From the IMG/VR virus record IMGVR_UViG_3300030085_002014, positions 1 to 51,519 of that record: a stretch of 51,519 nucleotides of DNA; one strand, written 5' to 3'. Position numbers and translations under genes: made by a program. The notes under the pieces were generated by a model. The model was not told the origin of the DNA and did no database searches. It was given only the letters and a program-made list of their open reading frames with translations. Source of the DNA: a virus. Its lineage: Duplodnaviria > Caudoviricetes. This document shows, piece after piece, positions 9,427 through 19,140 of the stretch (position 1 is its first letter; each line of letters starts with the position of its first letter).

Positions 9427-12400
9427 GCGAAGACAATACAGAGATAGGTGGTGAAGCGCAAGAAGCACCAAATCCTTTTAAAATAATTGAACACACTAAG
9501 GAAGATGTTAGCTTTGCCTTTAAAAACCACGGGGCAGACACAGAGGAGTTTTTAGCTCGATTTACGGCTCGTTTACTAAATAATATGCCTAGCTTTCAAG
9601 GTCAAGCACGCTATGAAGATTTAGTATCCGGTAAAGCACAGATCTTACAAAACCCAAATTTAGTAGGAAAATTTCAGTTTGGAACACCATTGACCAACGA
9701 TCAAATATTACGTGTTTTTTCTTCATTAAAAGGTTTAGGAGAAGACGGAGCGCCAACTTCACTAGACGCTTTTTTAAGTGGATTGACACGCTCTGGAACT
9801 TCTACAGCGGTTGGTATTAAAACAGCAAAAATGGCGGCAGGTGCGGCACCTGCATATGTTCCTTTGCCGGGACCGTTAGCGCCTTTAGGTGTTTTATCTA
9901 AACCAATAGCCGGTGTTGGAGGCTTCATAGCAGGATCAGTATTGACTGACAAGTTCGTAGGTAAACCCTTGGCGAATGAATTGTTCGGCACGATTGAGGG
10001 TTTAGACGTTCCTTTAACGCCAAAAGCAGAAAGAGCATTTAGACAGGCAGAATCAGCCGGACAGGTTTTACCTTTTGTGTTTTTACAACCATGGATGGCC
10101 CCGCTGTCGAAAATAAGCACTATATCTAATCTTAAAAAACTACCGTTAGCTAATAGAGTACGATCAACTTTGACGGAAGAAGAATTAGCCAATCCTTTAA
10201 TACAAAAATATTTAGAGGGAACTCTCAAAGGTTTTCCTACACAAAGAGACATATCAAAACTGACTAATCAAATTTTTGCAGATGCGAAACAAGCCGGCAA
10301 AGACATAACTTTAAAACAAGCTAAAAAACAAGCATTAAAACAATTAAAAGCCACTGATTTTTTTACAAAAAGTGTAATTAATTCTGTTGATTATCTTGAA
10401 GATGCTTTAGTTGCGGGTGGTAAATTATATCAGTCATTAGGTCGCAGTGGAAAAATTGGGGTAGGACTGACTGAATCGGTTGCAGTGCCCTTAACGTACA
10501 TGGGAGTGGGTATATCCGAAGAAGTCGCTCCTCGTGATCCCGGTGCGCGAGTTCTTGCCGAGACTGGATCAGCTATTATTCCAAACATCATGTTGCTTAA
10601 ATATGCGCCCATACTTACAGAAAAGTTAGGAAAAAAGATTACTTCCTTACGCGAAAGATCAGCATTAAAACAAGAGGGGGTTCCGGTAGAACCTCTTCTT
10701 GGCGATGTCTTTGGTATTAAAAAGAGAGCTAAAATTAGAGCTATTGACGATATCTATGAGGTTTTAAATGATAATGCAGAAGACCCTAAAGAATTATTAA
10801 AACAACTAGAACAATTAATCGTTGATCCTGTTTATTCACAAGGAAAAATAGTATCTTACACCTTAAAACCAGAATTTGAACAATTAGCCTCTCAAGGCGA
10901 AAATTTACCAAAAGCTGCTATTTTCACCAGTCAGTTTGTTGATAATCAAGCGATTGCACAGCTTGAGGGCACCGTTATGAAAAGATCGGGTAAGGCCGGT
11001 GCTTTTTCCACGCAACGCGAGTCTAGCTTTTTAAAAAGTATGGAAATGCAACGCGGTATCATCAGAGCGATGGTTGGCACGGGTGATCCTGAACTTGTGA
11101 AACTTGCGGGTAAAATGATGCAAGAACGCATAGGTATTTTAATACAATCACGCTTAGAGAACGCGATTAATGCAACCGTAGAATCTGTAAAAAAATTATA
11201 CCCAAAAGGCGGACCGGTTGCTTCTTCTATTCTTGGGGATCGACTGCACGCGGTTGTAAAAAACCAAGAGGAATTATTCAATAGGCTTCAAAAAAATGCG
11301 TGGCAAAAAGTAAGCACAAAAGTTGAAATTAATAATTTTTATCGCACCGATCCACAAACAGGTGAAAAAGTTGAAAATAATATTCCGAATATAGTCGAGC
11401 AATGGGAGGCCATACTTAGGAACTCATCGGACCTTGAACGTAAAAGGATTTTACGTGTACCAGAATTTGCAGATATAAATGAGTTTGTAAAAAGAATTAA
11501 AAGTGATTTACGCTTAGAGCGTTCAGGATTTTTGTCCGAGTTTCCTAATACGGCTCAATATCGTAACAGGTTAGACTCCTTACTTATTGAGATGGAAGGC
11601 GATCCCACCTTAATAGACAACTTCGAAACGGTAGTGGATTTCTCAAGGAAAATGTTTGTAGGCGGAGACGGCACTCCTATTACTGGAATACCTGATAATG
11701 TGACTTTAACTCAGCTTCAAACTAATTCTGTGGAGGGAGTAAGAGTACGTAATCCTGAACAAATACGAGAAGTTTTAGCGCCCGAGAATCTTCAAATTAA
11801 TTCTTTACGGAGAAGAATAGCACAATTAGAGGATGCAAATACAGGGGATAACAGAAACCCACGGCGTACTTTATTGATAAACGCGTTAAAAGCACAAAGA
11901 AATTTACTGGCAGCTCAAACCGGCCAACGTTCAAAAATAATTGATGAAGGGGACGTTTTAGAGGGCAGCAAGGGTATTAAGGCACAAGAACTTTTTGGTT
12001 TGTACTCTACTACGGGAGAGCTTGCTCGAGAGTTTGGAACTGTAAAAAGTAATTTTGCCCGAATATCTAATATTATGAGGGATGCTGCATTAGAAGATCT
12101 TAACGGATTACCGGCGGCTCAACTGGCAAATTATGATGCTGCTAGAAATATCTCCTATGCCTATCAAAACTTTTTAAGAAAAACTTTTGCAGGAGATATA
12201 TTACAAACGAATGCCACCGGTAAACTTATTGTGGCGCCATATCTTTTAACATCAAAGTTAATTACAGGCAAAGCAGACGCTGTCGATCTACGATTGCTTG
12301 AAATTCAAGAAGTCGGGCAACAGATTAGAAAGTATGCAAAAGAAAATAATTACAACATTGTTGCGCGAGAGGAAATTGATGATTCTATAGGCACCACAAA

Positions 12401-13733
12401 CGAGGTTTTATCTGATATGTTAAGACTATCGATACGCGAGATAGAATTACCTATGGAAGCTCGTAAAGGTTTAACAACTGAACAAATAGCTCTGCGTCAG
12501 GATGAATTACTACAGCAGTTTGTTACTAAAAACGAAAGATTGCTTGATAAGTTTCCCAAACTTAGACAAATGATTGACGATGCTGACGACGCCGGTACAT
12601 TTTTAAGAAGAGCAATAGCGACAACTGGTAAACTTTCAGAAAAAGCACAAACTCAAAAAGCCTATTCTAAATTAATTGGAGCTGAAAATCCAGAAGTTGC
12701 AGTTGCCGCGGCGTTTAATAGTGATAACCCTACGCAAGAATTTGAGAGTCTTGTTACAATTTTAAAAACAAATGTCTTTAGAAAAACTACAGACCCAAGA
12801 AGAAAGCGAAGACAAGCCAAGGCGTTATCTGAATTTAATTATACAAAAATTTATAAGTTAGAAGACGCGAAAAAAGGTTTACGAACAAGTATTATGAATT
12901 TTGCCTTCACAAAAGGTGGTTCTCTAAGTTCAGATAATTTTAGAGCGGAGGCTGTTTTTAAAACACTGTTTGAAAGAATACCAAAAGCAAAAGACGAAAA
13001 CTTTTCTTTAGTAAAATTTATGGTTGACAACGACATCATTACAACCAAAGAGGCGAATGCACTACGAACAGGATTAGTAAGAATTATAAACACGGAAGCA
13101 AAGAAAAACGTTCAAGATGCCATCGTTACAAACCAAACGACTTTTTTAAGTGATTTATACACTAGAATATTAGGTGCAAAGGTTGGTACGACCATAGGCG
13201 GAAGTTTACCGGGAGCGAGAGGACCGGGTGTTGGGTTTATTGAAGCGGAAGCAGGTTCAAGGTTTTTAAAACAGCTTACACAAGAATTACCGGCCTTACA
13301 GGAAATGGATGCACTAGAAAAAATATTGTTTGATCCAACACTGTTAGCTTTAGCTTTACGAGAACCACGTTCTCAAGCAGAAAAGGCCGGAATATTTAAT
13401 GCAATATTAAGAGGACTAAAAACAGTCGTTGGCGCCGTCCCCGCACCTGCGGTTGTAAAAGGAGCGCCTTTAGCGGTTCAAGAAATAACAGAAGAGGAGA
13501 TACCCTCAGAGCCGCCCGTCATCCAACAAGAGGAAAGGCCCGATGTTAGAAGTCGAGTGGCCCCCAATCTTTCCCCGCCAGTTAATAGATCACAACAACC
13601 GGCTATGTTTGGTCAGGTTACACCCTCATTAAACCCAATACAAAATACGCAGAGAGTGGACAGACGAAGATTTGCTGCATTATTTCCAGAGGACGCTGAC
13701 CTCGTACAAGGTATAGGAAGCTTACGTGGATGA
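9423..13733 (+). CDS. Very large putative internal virion (ejectosome) protein
   Basis: 1436 aa, largely helical composition, last gene of the ejection cluster, ends FAALFPED...GIGSL. Confidence 0.6.
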   Translation: MSEDNTEIGGEAQEAPNPFKIIEHTKEDVSFAFKNHGADTEEFLARFTARLLNNMPSFQGQARYEDLVSGKAQILQNPNLVGKFQFGTPLTNDQILRVFSSLKGLGEDGAPTSLDAFLSGLTRSGTSTAVGIKTAKMAAGAAPAYVPLPGPLAPLGVLSKPIAGVGGFIAGSVLTDKFVGKPLANELFGTIEGLDVPLTPKAERAFRQAESAGQVLPFVFLQPWMAPLSKISTISNLKKLPLANRVRSTLTEEELANPLIQKYLEGTLKGFPTQRDISKLTNQIFADAKQAGKDITLKQAKKQALKQLKATDFFTKSVINSVDYLEDALVAGGKLYQSLGRSGKIGVGLTESVAVPLTYMGVGISEEVAPRDPGARVLAETGSAIIPNIMLLKYAPILTEKLGKKITSLRERSALKQEGVPVEPLLGDVFGIKKRAKIRAIDDIYEVLNDNAEDPKELLKQLEQLIVDPVYSQGKIVSYTLKPEFEQLASQGENLPKAAIFTSQFVDNQAIAQLEGTVMKRSGKAGAFSTQRESSFLKSMEMQRGIIRAMVGTGDPELVKLAGKMMQERIGILIQSRLENAINATVESVKKLYPKGGPVASSILGDRLHAVVKNQEELFNRLQKNAWQKVSTKVEINNFYRTDPQTGEKVENNIPNIVEQWEAILRNSSDLERKRILRVPEFADINEFVKRIKSDLRLERSGFLSEFPNTAQYRNRLDSLLIEMEGDPTLIDNFETVVDFSRKMFVGGDGTPITGIPDNVTLTQLQTNSVEGVRVRNPEQIREVLAPENLQINSLRRRIAQLEDANTGDNRNPRRTLLINALKAQRNLLAAQTGQRSKIIDEGDVLEGSKGIKAQELFGLYSTTGELAREFGTVKSNFARISNIMRDAALEDLNGLPAAQLANYDAARNISYAYQNFLRKTFAGDILQTNATGKLIVAPYLLTSKLITGKADAVDLRLLEIQEVGQQIRKYAKENNYNIVAREEIDDSIGTTNEVLSDMLRLSIREIELPMEARKGLTTEQIALRQDELLQQFVTKNERLLDKFPKLRQMIDDADDAGTFLRRAIATTGKLSEKAQTQKAYSKLIGAENPEVAVAAAFNSDNPTQEFESLVTILKTNVFRKTTDPRRKRRQAKALSEFNYTKIYKLEDAKKGLRTSIMNFAFTKGGSLSSDNFRAEAVFKTLFERIPKAKDENFSLVKFMVDNDIITTKEANALRTGLVRIINTEAKKNVQDAIVTNQTTFLSDLYTRILGAKVGTTIGGSLPGARGPGVGFIEAEAGSRFLKQLTQELPALQEMDALEKILFDPTLLALALREPRSQAEKAGIFNAILRGLKTVVGAVPAPAVVKGAPLAVQEITEEEIPSEPPVIQQEERPDVRSRVAPNLSPPVNRSQQPAMFGQVTPSLNPIQNTQRVDRRRFAALFPEDADLVQGIGSLRG

Positions 13734-14026
13734 GCAAAGACCCCCTAAAAGGCACTGGAAAGAAACCAAAAGGGTCAGGAAGGAGATTATACACCGATGA
13801 AAACCCAAAAGACACCGTCTCTATTAAATATGCCACTGTGGCAGATGCCAAAGCAACTGTTGCTAAGGTTAAAAGAGTTAATAAACCGTTTGCTAGGAAG
13901 ATCCAAATCCTCACGGTCCTCGAACAACGAGCCAAAGTTCAAGGAAAAAACAGGCAAGCCCAAATCGCGAGGGCGGCCAAAGAAGATCTCAGAGCCAAAA
14001 ATAAAACGAAAAAGAGGACGACCTAG
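13730..14026 (+). CDS. Small basic conserved phage protein
   Basis: KDPLKGTGKKPKGSGRRLYTDENPKDTV...ARKIQILTV motif; ATGA overlap with the upstream stop. Confidence 0.75.
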   Translation: MSKDPLKGTGKKPKGSGRRLYTDENPKDTVSIKYATVADAKATVAKVKRVNKPFARKIQILTVLEQRAKVQGKNRQAQIARAAKEDLRAKNKTKKRTT

Positions 14027-14031
14027 AAAAA

Positions 14032-14157
14032 ATGACTAAGCAAATACGAAAGAAAATAAAGAAAGTGGTAAAAGGTCTTAACAAAGCATCTAAGACCCAC
14101 GCACGACAAGCCAAAACACTTCGGTCTGTGCTAAAAACTAAGAGAGCCAAGACCTAG
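14032..14157 (+). CDS. 41-aa basic peptide (absent from ORF track)
   Basis: MTKQIRKKIKKVVKGLNKASKTHARQAKTLRSVLKTKRAKT*; its 3' end overlaps the convergent helicase gene. Confidence 0.6.
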   Translation: MTKQIRKKIKKVVKGLNKASKTHARQAKTLRSVLKTKRAKT

Positions 14158-15586
14158 CGTCCTCACCTAATACTTGTTGCGCAAGGTTTATCTTTTCTCT
14201 CAGGGCCTGTAGTATCTTTTCATCTATAGTTTCTGGGGCTATAATATCCACATACGTTACTTTATTAGTCTGACCGATACGATGTGCCCTGTCTTCCGAT
14301 TGCAAGCGTATCTCTAGATCATAACTATTGCTGTAATAGATCACGGTGCTTGCGGCAGTCAGAGTAATACCATATCCGCCCGTTCTTGGTTGTCCCACAA
14401 AGAAGCGTAGGGGATCTTCAAGGTCTTGATAACGCTCAACAATCTCTTGACGCTCCTCTTGTGGGGTTTCACCATAATAGGTTGCGACCGCATCGGGCCC
14501 AAAGCGGTCGCGCAGGGCATTCGCTATCTGTTGGATGTCGTAGGTATATGTCGCCCAAATGATAGCTTTTCCCTGTACTTCCTCACATATATCGAGCAGT
14601 TCTTTCAAACGCCCATGTGTGAAGTTCACTGTATTACCCTCATCATCTTGTATATGACCACAGCATATTTGTTGCAGACGCATGATCTGTGTCAGAACGC
14701 TCTGTGTCGTGGCTAGTTCGCCATTGTCAAGCTTGGTAAGGGCTAAACGTTTCATCTCCGTGTATGATCGCTTTTGCTCCTCGGACAACGGAACAAGACG
14801 GCGCACATACATTTTATCTGGTAGGTCCAGACAATCTTCTTTCAATACACGATTACTAAACGCTTCAAGCTTTTCATTGAGCTCGTCTAATCGTCGGTAT
14901 CCTACCACTTCATTAAAGGATCGCGGTCCCATGACACGCTTTTGCACTACAGCATAGCGGTTCTGGAACGCATAAAAACTTTGAAAGCTCAATGCCAAAG
15001 CCGACAAAAACATACATTGACTAAACAAATCCATCGGACTACGGGTCACGGGTGACCCTGTCAGTATGCGTCTGTACTTAGACATACCTTTCATCTCTAA
15101 TATATTCTTTGTACGGTTGGCTGTTCTATTCTTTATAGTAGTGCTTTCGTCCACTATAACTATATTCTCATCATTAGCTTCAAGAAACGTATGTGCCGCT
15201 TGCGTACCGCGAGGCGTGGACAGTGCTTCGGTGTTCATAACAAATATCTTGAGCCCATCAAACTTTTCATACACTAACGTTTTCATTTGTTTTTGAAACC
15301 ACTGCGCACTAGATGGTTGCCATCGCACCATGTTGATTTTGATGTCTTCGGACAGATGTGTAGGTATCTCGCCTTGCACCCAGTTATCATATACACCCTT
15401 GGGTGATATAATTAGAGCTGCATTTATTTTGCCCTCGGTATACAGGGCTCCCATAGTGTCTATGGCTACTTTCGATTTACCTGTACCCATCTCCATAAAT
15501 AGTGCATAATACTTTGCGTCCCACGAATCACGGAGCGCTTTCATCTGATGATCGAAGGGTTTCGTTTTAAATTTATATTTTTTCAT
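14138..15586 (-). CDS. SNF2-family (SF2) helicase
   Basis: MEMGTGKS Walker A, DEST box, LTGSP and QSEDRAHRIGQ motif VI. Start moved to MKKYKF, which has a GAGGT RBS. Confidence 0.92.
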   Translation of the reverse strand: MKKYKFKTKPFDHQMKALRDSWDAKYYALFMEMGTGKSKVAIDTMGALYTEGKINAALIISPKGVYDNWVQGEIPTHLSEDIKINMVRWQPSSAQWFQKQMKTLVYEKFDGLKIFVMNTEALSTPRGTQAAHTFLEANDENIVIVDESTTIKNRTANRTKNILEMKGMSKYRRILTGSPVTRSPMDLFSQCMFLSALALSFQSFYAFQNRYAVVQKRVMGPRSFNEVVGYRRLDELNEKLEAFSNRVLKEDCLDLPDKMYVRRLVPLSEEQKRSYTEMKRLALTKLDNGELATTQSVLTQIMRLQQICCGHIQDDEGNTVNFTHGRLKELLDICEEVQGKAIIWATYTYDIQQIANALRDRFGPDAVATYYGETPQEERQEIVERYQDLEDPLRFFVGQPRTGGYGITLTAASTVIYYSNSYDLEIRLQSEDRAHRIGQTNKVTYVDIIAPETIDEKILQALREKINLAQQVLGEDARSWLS

Positions 15587-15595
15587 TTTTACCTC

Positions 15596-15636
15596 TTGAC
15601 TATAAGAACATATACGCATATATATAGAATTGTCAA
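15596..15636. promoter_or_regulatory. Overlapping divergent sigma70-type promoters
   Basis: Rightward TTGACT-N17-TATATA (15596-15624); leftward TTGACA (15636-15631)-N18-TATGTT. Confidence 0.6.
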
Positions 15637-15678
15637 GACCTGAAAAGGTTTTTAATCGCGAAAGAGAAAGGACGATAT

Positions 15679-16269
15679 ATGGACATAATGAAGAAGCTTA
15701 AAGAGGACGCCAATCAAGGCTCCTTATTTTCCAAGCATACGTTAGATAATGAAGACTTATCCACGCTTACTGGATTTGCTGAAGCCATTATTAAGCAAGA
15801 TGCTTTTGTGAAAGAGCTAGAGGAGAAACTCAAAGAAGAGAAAAAGAAGCTGTTAAAGATGACGGACGAAGACTTACCCGCATTGATGACAGAAGCTAAC
15901 TCTATGGAGTTTACTCTACTAGACGGATCAAAAGTAACTATCAAGCCACAGTATGGGGCGTCTATTAAGGTAGATAACCGTCCTGCGGCTTACGAATGGC
16001 TAAGGGAGCATGGGCATGACGACATTATTAAAAACACAATTTCTTGTCAGTTTGGACGAGGAGAAGACGATCTTGCATCTTCGTTCAAGGCGTTTGCCGA
16101 AAAAGAGGGATACGTCCCCACGCAAACTGAAAAGATCGAACCCATGTCATTACGGGGTTTCGTCAAAGAACGTGTTGAGAATGGTGATGAGTTCCCGATG
16201 GAGTTATTCGGGGCGTATGTTGGTCAACGAGCCGTTATTACTAAAGCGAAAGGAGCAAAGAATGGCTGA
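15679..16269 (+). CDS. Conserved phage replication-module protein
   Basis: 196 aa, coiled coil followed by AYEWLREHGHDDIIKN; AAGGA RBS. Confidence 0.75.
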   Translation: MDIMKKLKEDANQGSLFSKHTLDNEDLSTLTGFAEAIIKQDAFVKELEEKLKEEKKKLLKMTDEDLPALMTEANSMEFTLLDGSKVTIKPQYGASIKVDNRPAAYEWLREHGHDDIIKNTISCQFGRGEDDLASSFKAFAEKEGYVPTQTEKIEPMSLRGFVKERVENGDEFPMELFGAYVGQRAVITKAKGAKNG

Positions 16270-17071
16270 AGCAAGCAAGGCCGTGGCTGAAAAGAAAGCC
16301 ACAGAGGTTGCCGCATTTGATTTTGCGCAACTTCAAAAAGATGCGGGAAAGGGAAACGAGAACGTCGGTAAAGACGATCTTGCCTTACCGTTTATTAAAA
16401 TACTATCAGGGGTTGATCCAATGATGGACAAGCTTGATGGTAAAAAGGGTGACATATACAATAGTGTCACAGAAGCGCTATATAGCGGCAAGGAAGGCAT
16501 TGTGATCGTTCCGGTAGCTTATCAGCGTGAATTTCTACGATGGGCCCCCAGAGGCCAAGGGAGCGGCGCTCCTACGGTCTACAAGACACGTGCAGAGTGT
16601 CCTGCGGTCAAGCGGTCAGAGGATGACAATAAAGAGTATTGCACCGATGGCAGTGGCGATTACATCGAGGAAACGCATCAGCACTTTGTGTTGGTCATTG
16701 GCGAGGACGGCAAAGGCGAAACTGCGCTGATACCTATGAAGTCTACACAGCTAAAAAAATCACGCAAATTTAACAGCATGATTATGGCACAGTGTGACAG
16801 AGATGGGTTTGCACGGTTCGCGTACAAGTTTCGTTTCAAAACATTAGCCGAACAAAACGACAAAGGTTCATGGCATGGTTGGGAAATGCAACTTGAGGGG
16901 CCACTTCTTGATGAGGAAACTCAGAAGAAAGATCCCGCACAGTTTGCTAGAAACTTAGCGACGTATGAACAAGCTAAATCATTCTCCGAAAGTGTCCAAT
17001 CGGGCAACGTTGAAGTGAAGCGTGAGAATGATGATGTTAAGAGCGGCGAGAAAGATCAGATACCGTTCTAA
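16262..17071 (+). CDS. Single-stranded DNA-binding protein-like
   Basis: Start at ATG 16262 after AAGGAG. DDLALPFIKIL motif and an acidic tail ending DQIPF, as in SSB C-termini. Confidence 0.7.
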   Translation: MAEASKAVAEKKATEVAAFDFAQLQKDAGKGNENVGKDDLALPFIKILSGVDPMMDKLDGKKGDIYNSVTEALYSGKEGIVIVPVAYQREFLRWAPRGQGSGAPTVYKTRAECPAVKRSEDDNKEYCTDGSGDYIEETHQHFVLVIGEDGKGETALIPMKSTQLKKSRKFNSMIMAQCDRDGFARFAYKFRFKTLAEQNDKGSWHGWEMQLEGPLLDEETQKKDPAQFARNLATYEQAKSFSESVQSGNVEVKRENDDVKSGEKDQIPF

Positions 17072-17154
17072 AGAGGCGGCCGCGTAGGGGTGATGGTTTT
17101 CCGAACAGAGGATTTAAAGATATTAGTCCATCGCCCCACCTTATGGGAGAAAGT

Positions 17155-18699
17155 ATGTCATCAATAGAAAAATTTGCCGCAATCTTTGACGGTCTGCAAC
17201 TAGCCTACGGCACGTTTAAGATTGATAAGAAGCAATTAAATGGTAAGAGCACGGGCCGTGCCGCGATAGTTCGCGAGCCACGGTCCACAGAGCTATGGGA
17301 AGGTCATATATCAGGCAAAGGCCGTGGTATAGGTATTATACCCATAAACGAAGAAAACAAATGTGTCTGGGGGTGTATTGATGTGGATCAATACCCCCTT
17401 GACCATAAAAAACTAATAGAACAAATACGTAAGCTAAAACTGCCTTTGGTTATTTGTCGCTCCAAATCAGGCGGAGCGCACTGCTTCCTGTTTGCCACAG
17501 AATGGATAGAAGCCAAAGATATGCAAGCAACGTTACAACAAATGTCTGCCGCGCTCGGTTACGGCGGTAGTGAGATATTTCCAAAGCAGATCAAGTTACA
17601 TTTAGACCGTGATGATGTCGGTAACTTTCTGAACCTACCATACTTCAATGCGGAAGAGGGTCTGCGGTATGCCATCAAGGACGACGGCACAAGCGCCACG
17701 CTTGATGAGTTTTTAGAACTGTATGAACAGTATAAGCAAACACCTGAACAGATAGCTAGTCTACAGCTAGGGGACGCTAAAAAAGAAGAGCCCATGATGG
17801 ATGGTCCGCCATGTCTACAGATACTGGCAAGCAAGAAGATATCCGAGGGCGGTAGAAACAATGGGTTATTTAATCTTGGTGTATACCTACGCAAGGCGTA
17901 CCCTGACAGTTGGGAAACAGAGATACTTACCTACAATATGCAGTATCTTGATCCCCCGTTGCCTCTTAGTGAGGTCAACATCGTAGCCAAACAGCTAGAA
18001 CGTAAGGAGTATGCGTACAAGTGTAGCGATGCACCGATTAACGCTTACTGCAACAAAACCTTATGTCTTACACGAAAGCACGGTGTAGGCGCGGCTGTAC
18101 AGGGCGCGGTCATAGCTAATCTACGTAAATACAACTCAATACCGCCTGTATGGTTTGTCGATGTAAACGGCGAGCCCTTGGAGATGGATACCGATGCCTT
18201 ACTAAACCAAGCCGTATTTCAAAGATCATGCATGGAGCAACTAAACTTTATGCCACGCTCTGTATCAAAAATCATATGGGAAAACCGTATTGGAGCTTTG
18301 ATGCAAGAGATGAAAGAAAACGAGAGCGCTATTATAGATGTATCACAGGACGCTAGTGTTAGCGGACAGTTCTTTGACCATCTTGAAGAGTTTTGTCAAA
18401 GTATGCAACAGGCAGAGGATAAAGAAGAAATATTATTGAAGCGCCCATGGACCGATGAAGACGAAAAGATGACGTACTTTAGGCTAAAAGACTTTGATGC
18501 GCACCTGAAGCGCAACAAGTTCTTTGAATACAAAAGCCATAAGATAGCACAACGTTTACGGGACAAGGGTGGCGAAAGTCTACAGATATCAATAAAAGGA
18601 CGCCCCGTGCGTGTATGGAAGATACCGTCCTTTGATGCGGTAGAGGTGGAGCTATCCGCTCCTGAGTTTGGTGGTAAAGAAAATAAAGAGGTATTTTAA
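17155..18699 (+). CDS. Primase (AEP-like N-terminus with PriCT-like domain)
   Basis: WGCIDVD and SKSGGAH motifs; GGRNNGLFNLG PriCT-like motif. Start at 17143 or 17155. Confidence 0.75.
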   Translation: MSSIEKFAAIFDGLQLAYGTFKIDKKQLNGKSTGRAAIVREPRSTELWEGHISGKGRGIGIIPINEENKCVWGCIDVDQYPLDHKKLIEQIRKLKLPLVICRSKSGGAHCFLFATEWIEAKDMQATLQQMSAALGYGGSEIFPKQIKLHLDRDDVGNFLNLPYFNAEEGLRYAIKDDGTSATLDEFLELYEQYKQTPEQIASLQLGDAKKEEPMMDGPPCLQILASKKISEGGRNNGLFNLGVYLRKAYPDSWETEILTYNMQYLDPPLPLSEVNIVAKQLERKEYAYKCSDAPINAYCNKTLCLTRKHGVGAAVQGAVIANLRKYNSIPPVWFVDVNGEPLEMDTDALLNQAVFQRSCMEQLNFMPRSVSKIIWENRIGALMQEMKENESAIIDVSQDASVSGQFFDHLEEFCQSMQQAEDKEEILLKRPWTDEDEKMTYFRLKDFDAHLKRNKFFEYKSHKIAQRLRDKGGESLQISIKGRPVRVWKIPSFDAVEVELSAPEFGGKENKEVF

Positions 18700-18947
18700 T
18701 GTTAAAAACAGATGGATTTGATAAAGCATTTTTAGGCGTAGCGTCCCGTTTTGGTATGGACGATGTCTTTGCCTATGACTACGATAAAGTATTAAAGATA
18801 CTAATAGAAAAGGAAGGTATGTCCCCAGATGAAGCCCAAGAATGGTTTGAATACAATATCAAAGGCGCATGGGTAGGGGATAAAACACCGCTCTATGTAA
18901 AACGATACGGCAGTATAAAGGATGCAGTAGATGACCTCGACTTATAA
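18699..18947 (+). CDS. Conserved marine-phage hypothetical
   Basis: DGFDKAFLG...EAQEWFEYNIKGAWVGDKTP. Confidence 0.75.
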   Translation: MLKTDGFDKAFLGVASRFGMDDVFAYDYDKVLKILIEKEGMSPDEAQEWFEYNIKGAWVGDKTPLYVKRYGSIKDAVDDLDL

Positions 18948-19140
18948 AGAAAGAAACCGTGAAATGCACCGATTGCGTACCGAAAGAGCCATGACACTTA
19001 CGGCTATCGGTAAGAAGTATGGTGTAACTCGAGAAAGAGTGCGGGTTATTGTTAATAAAATCGAAGAAGAGAATGCAAACAAAGATATTCAGGATATACG
19101 GACCACCCGGGACGGGGAAAACGACAGCACTACTGAATAA
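18931..19140 (+). CDS. Small HTH protein (sigma70 region 4-like)
   Basis: TLTAIGKKYGVTRERVRVI matches the sigma region 4.2-type helix-turn-helix. Confidence 0.7.
   Translation: MTSTYKERNREMHRLRTERAMTLTAIGKKYGVTRERVRVIVNKIEEENANKDIQDIRTTRDGENDSTTE

Noticed and set aside
16010-16261. N-terminal extension of the SSB-like ORF
   Set aside because: It overlaps the upstream gene in another frame, and the RBS supports ATG 16262.
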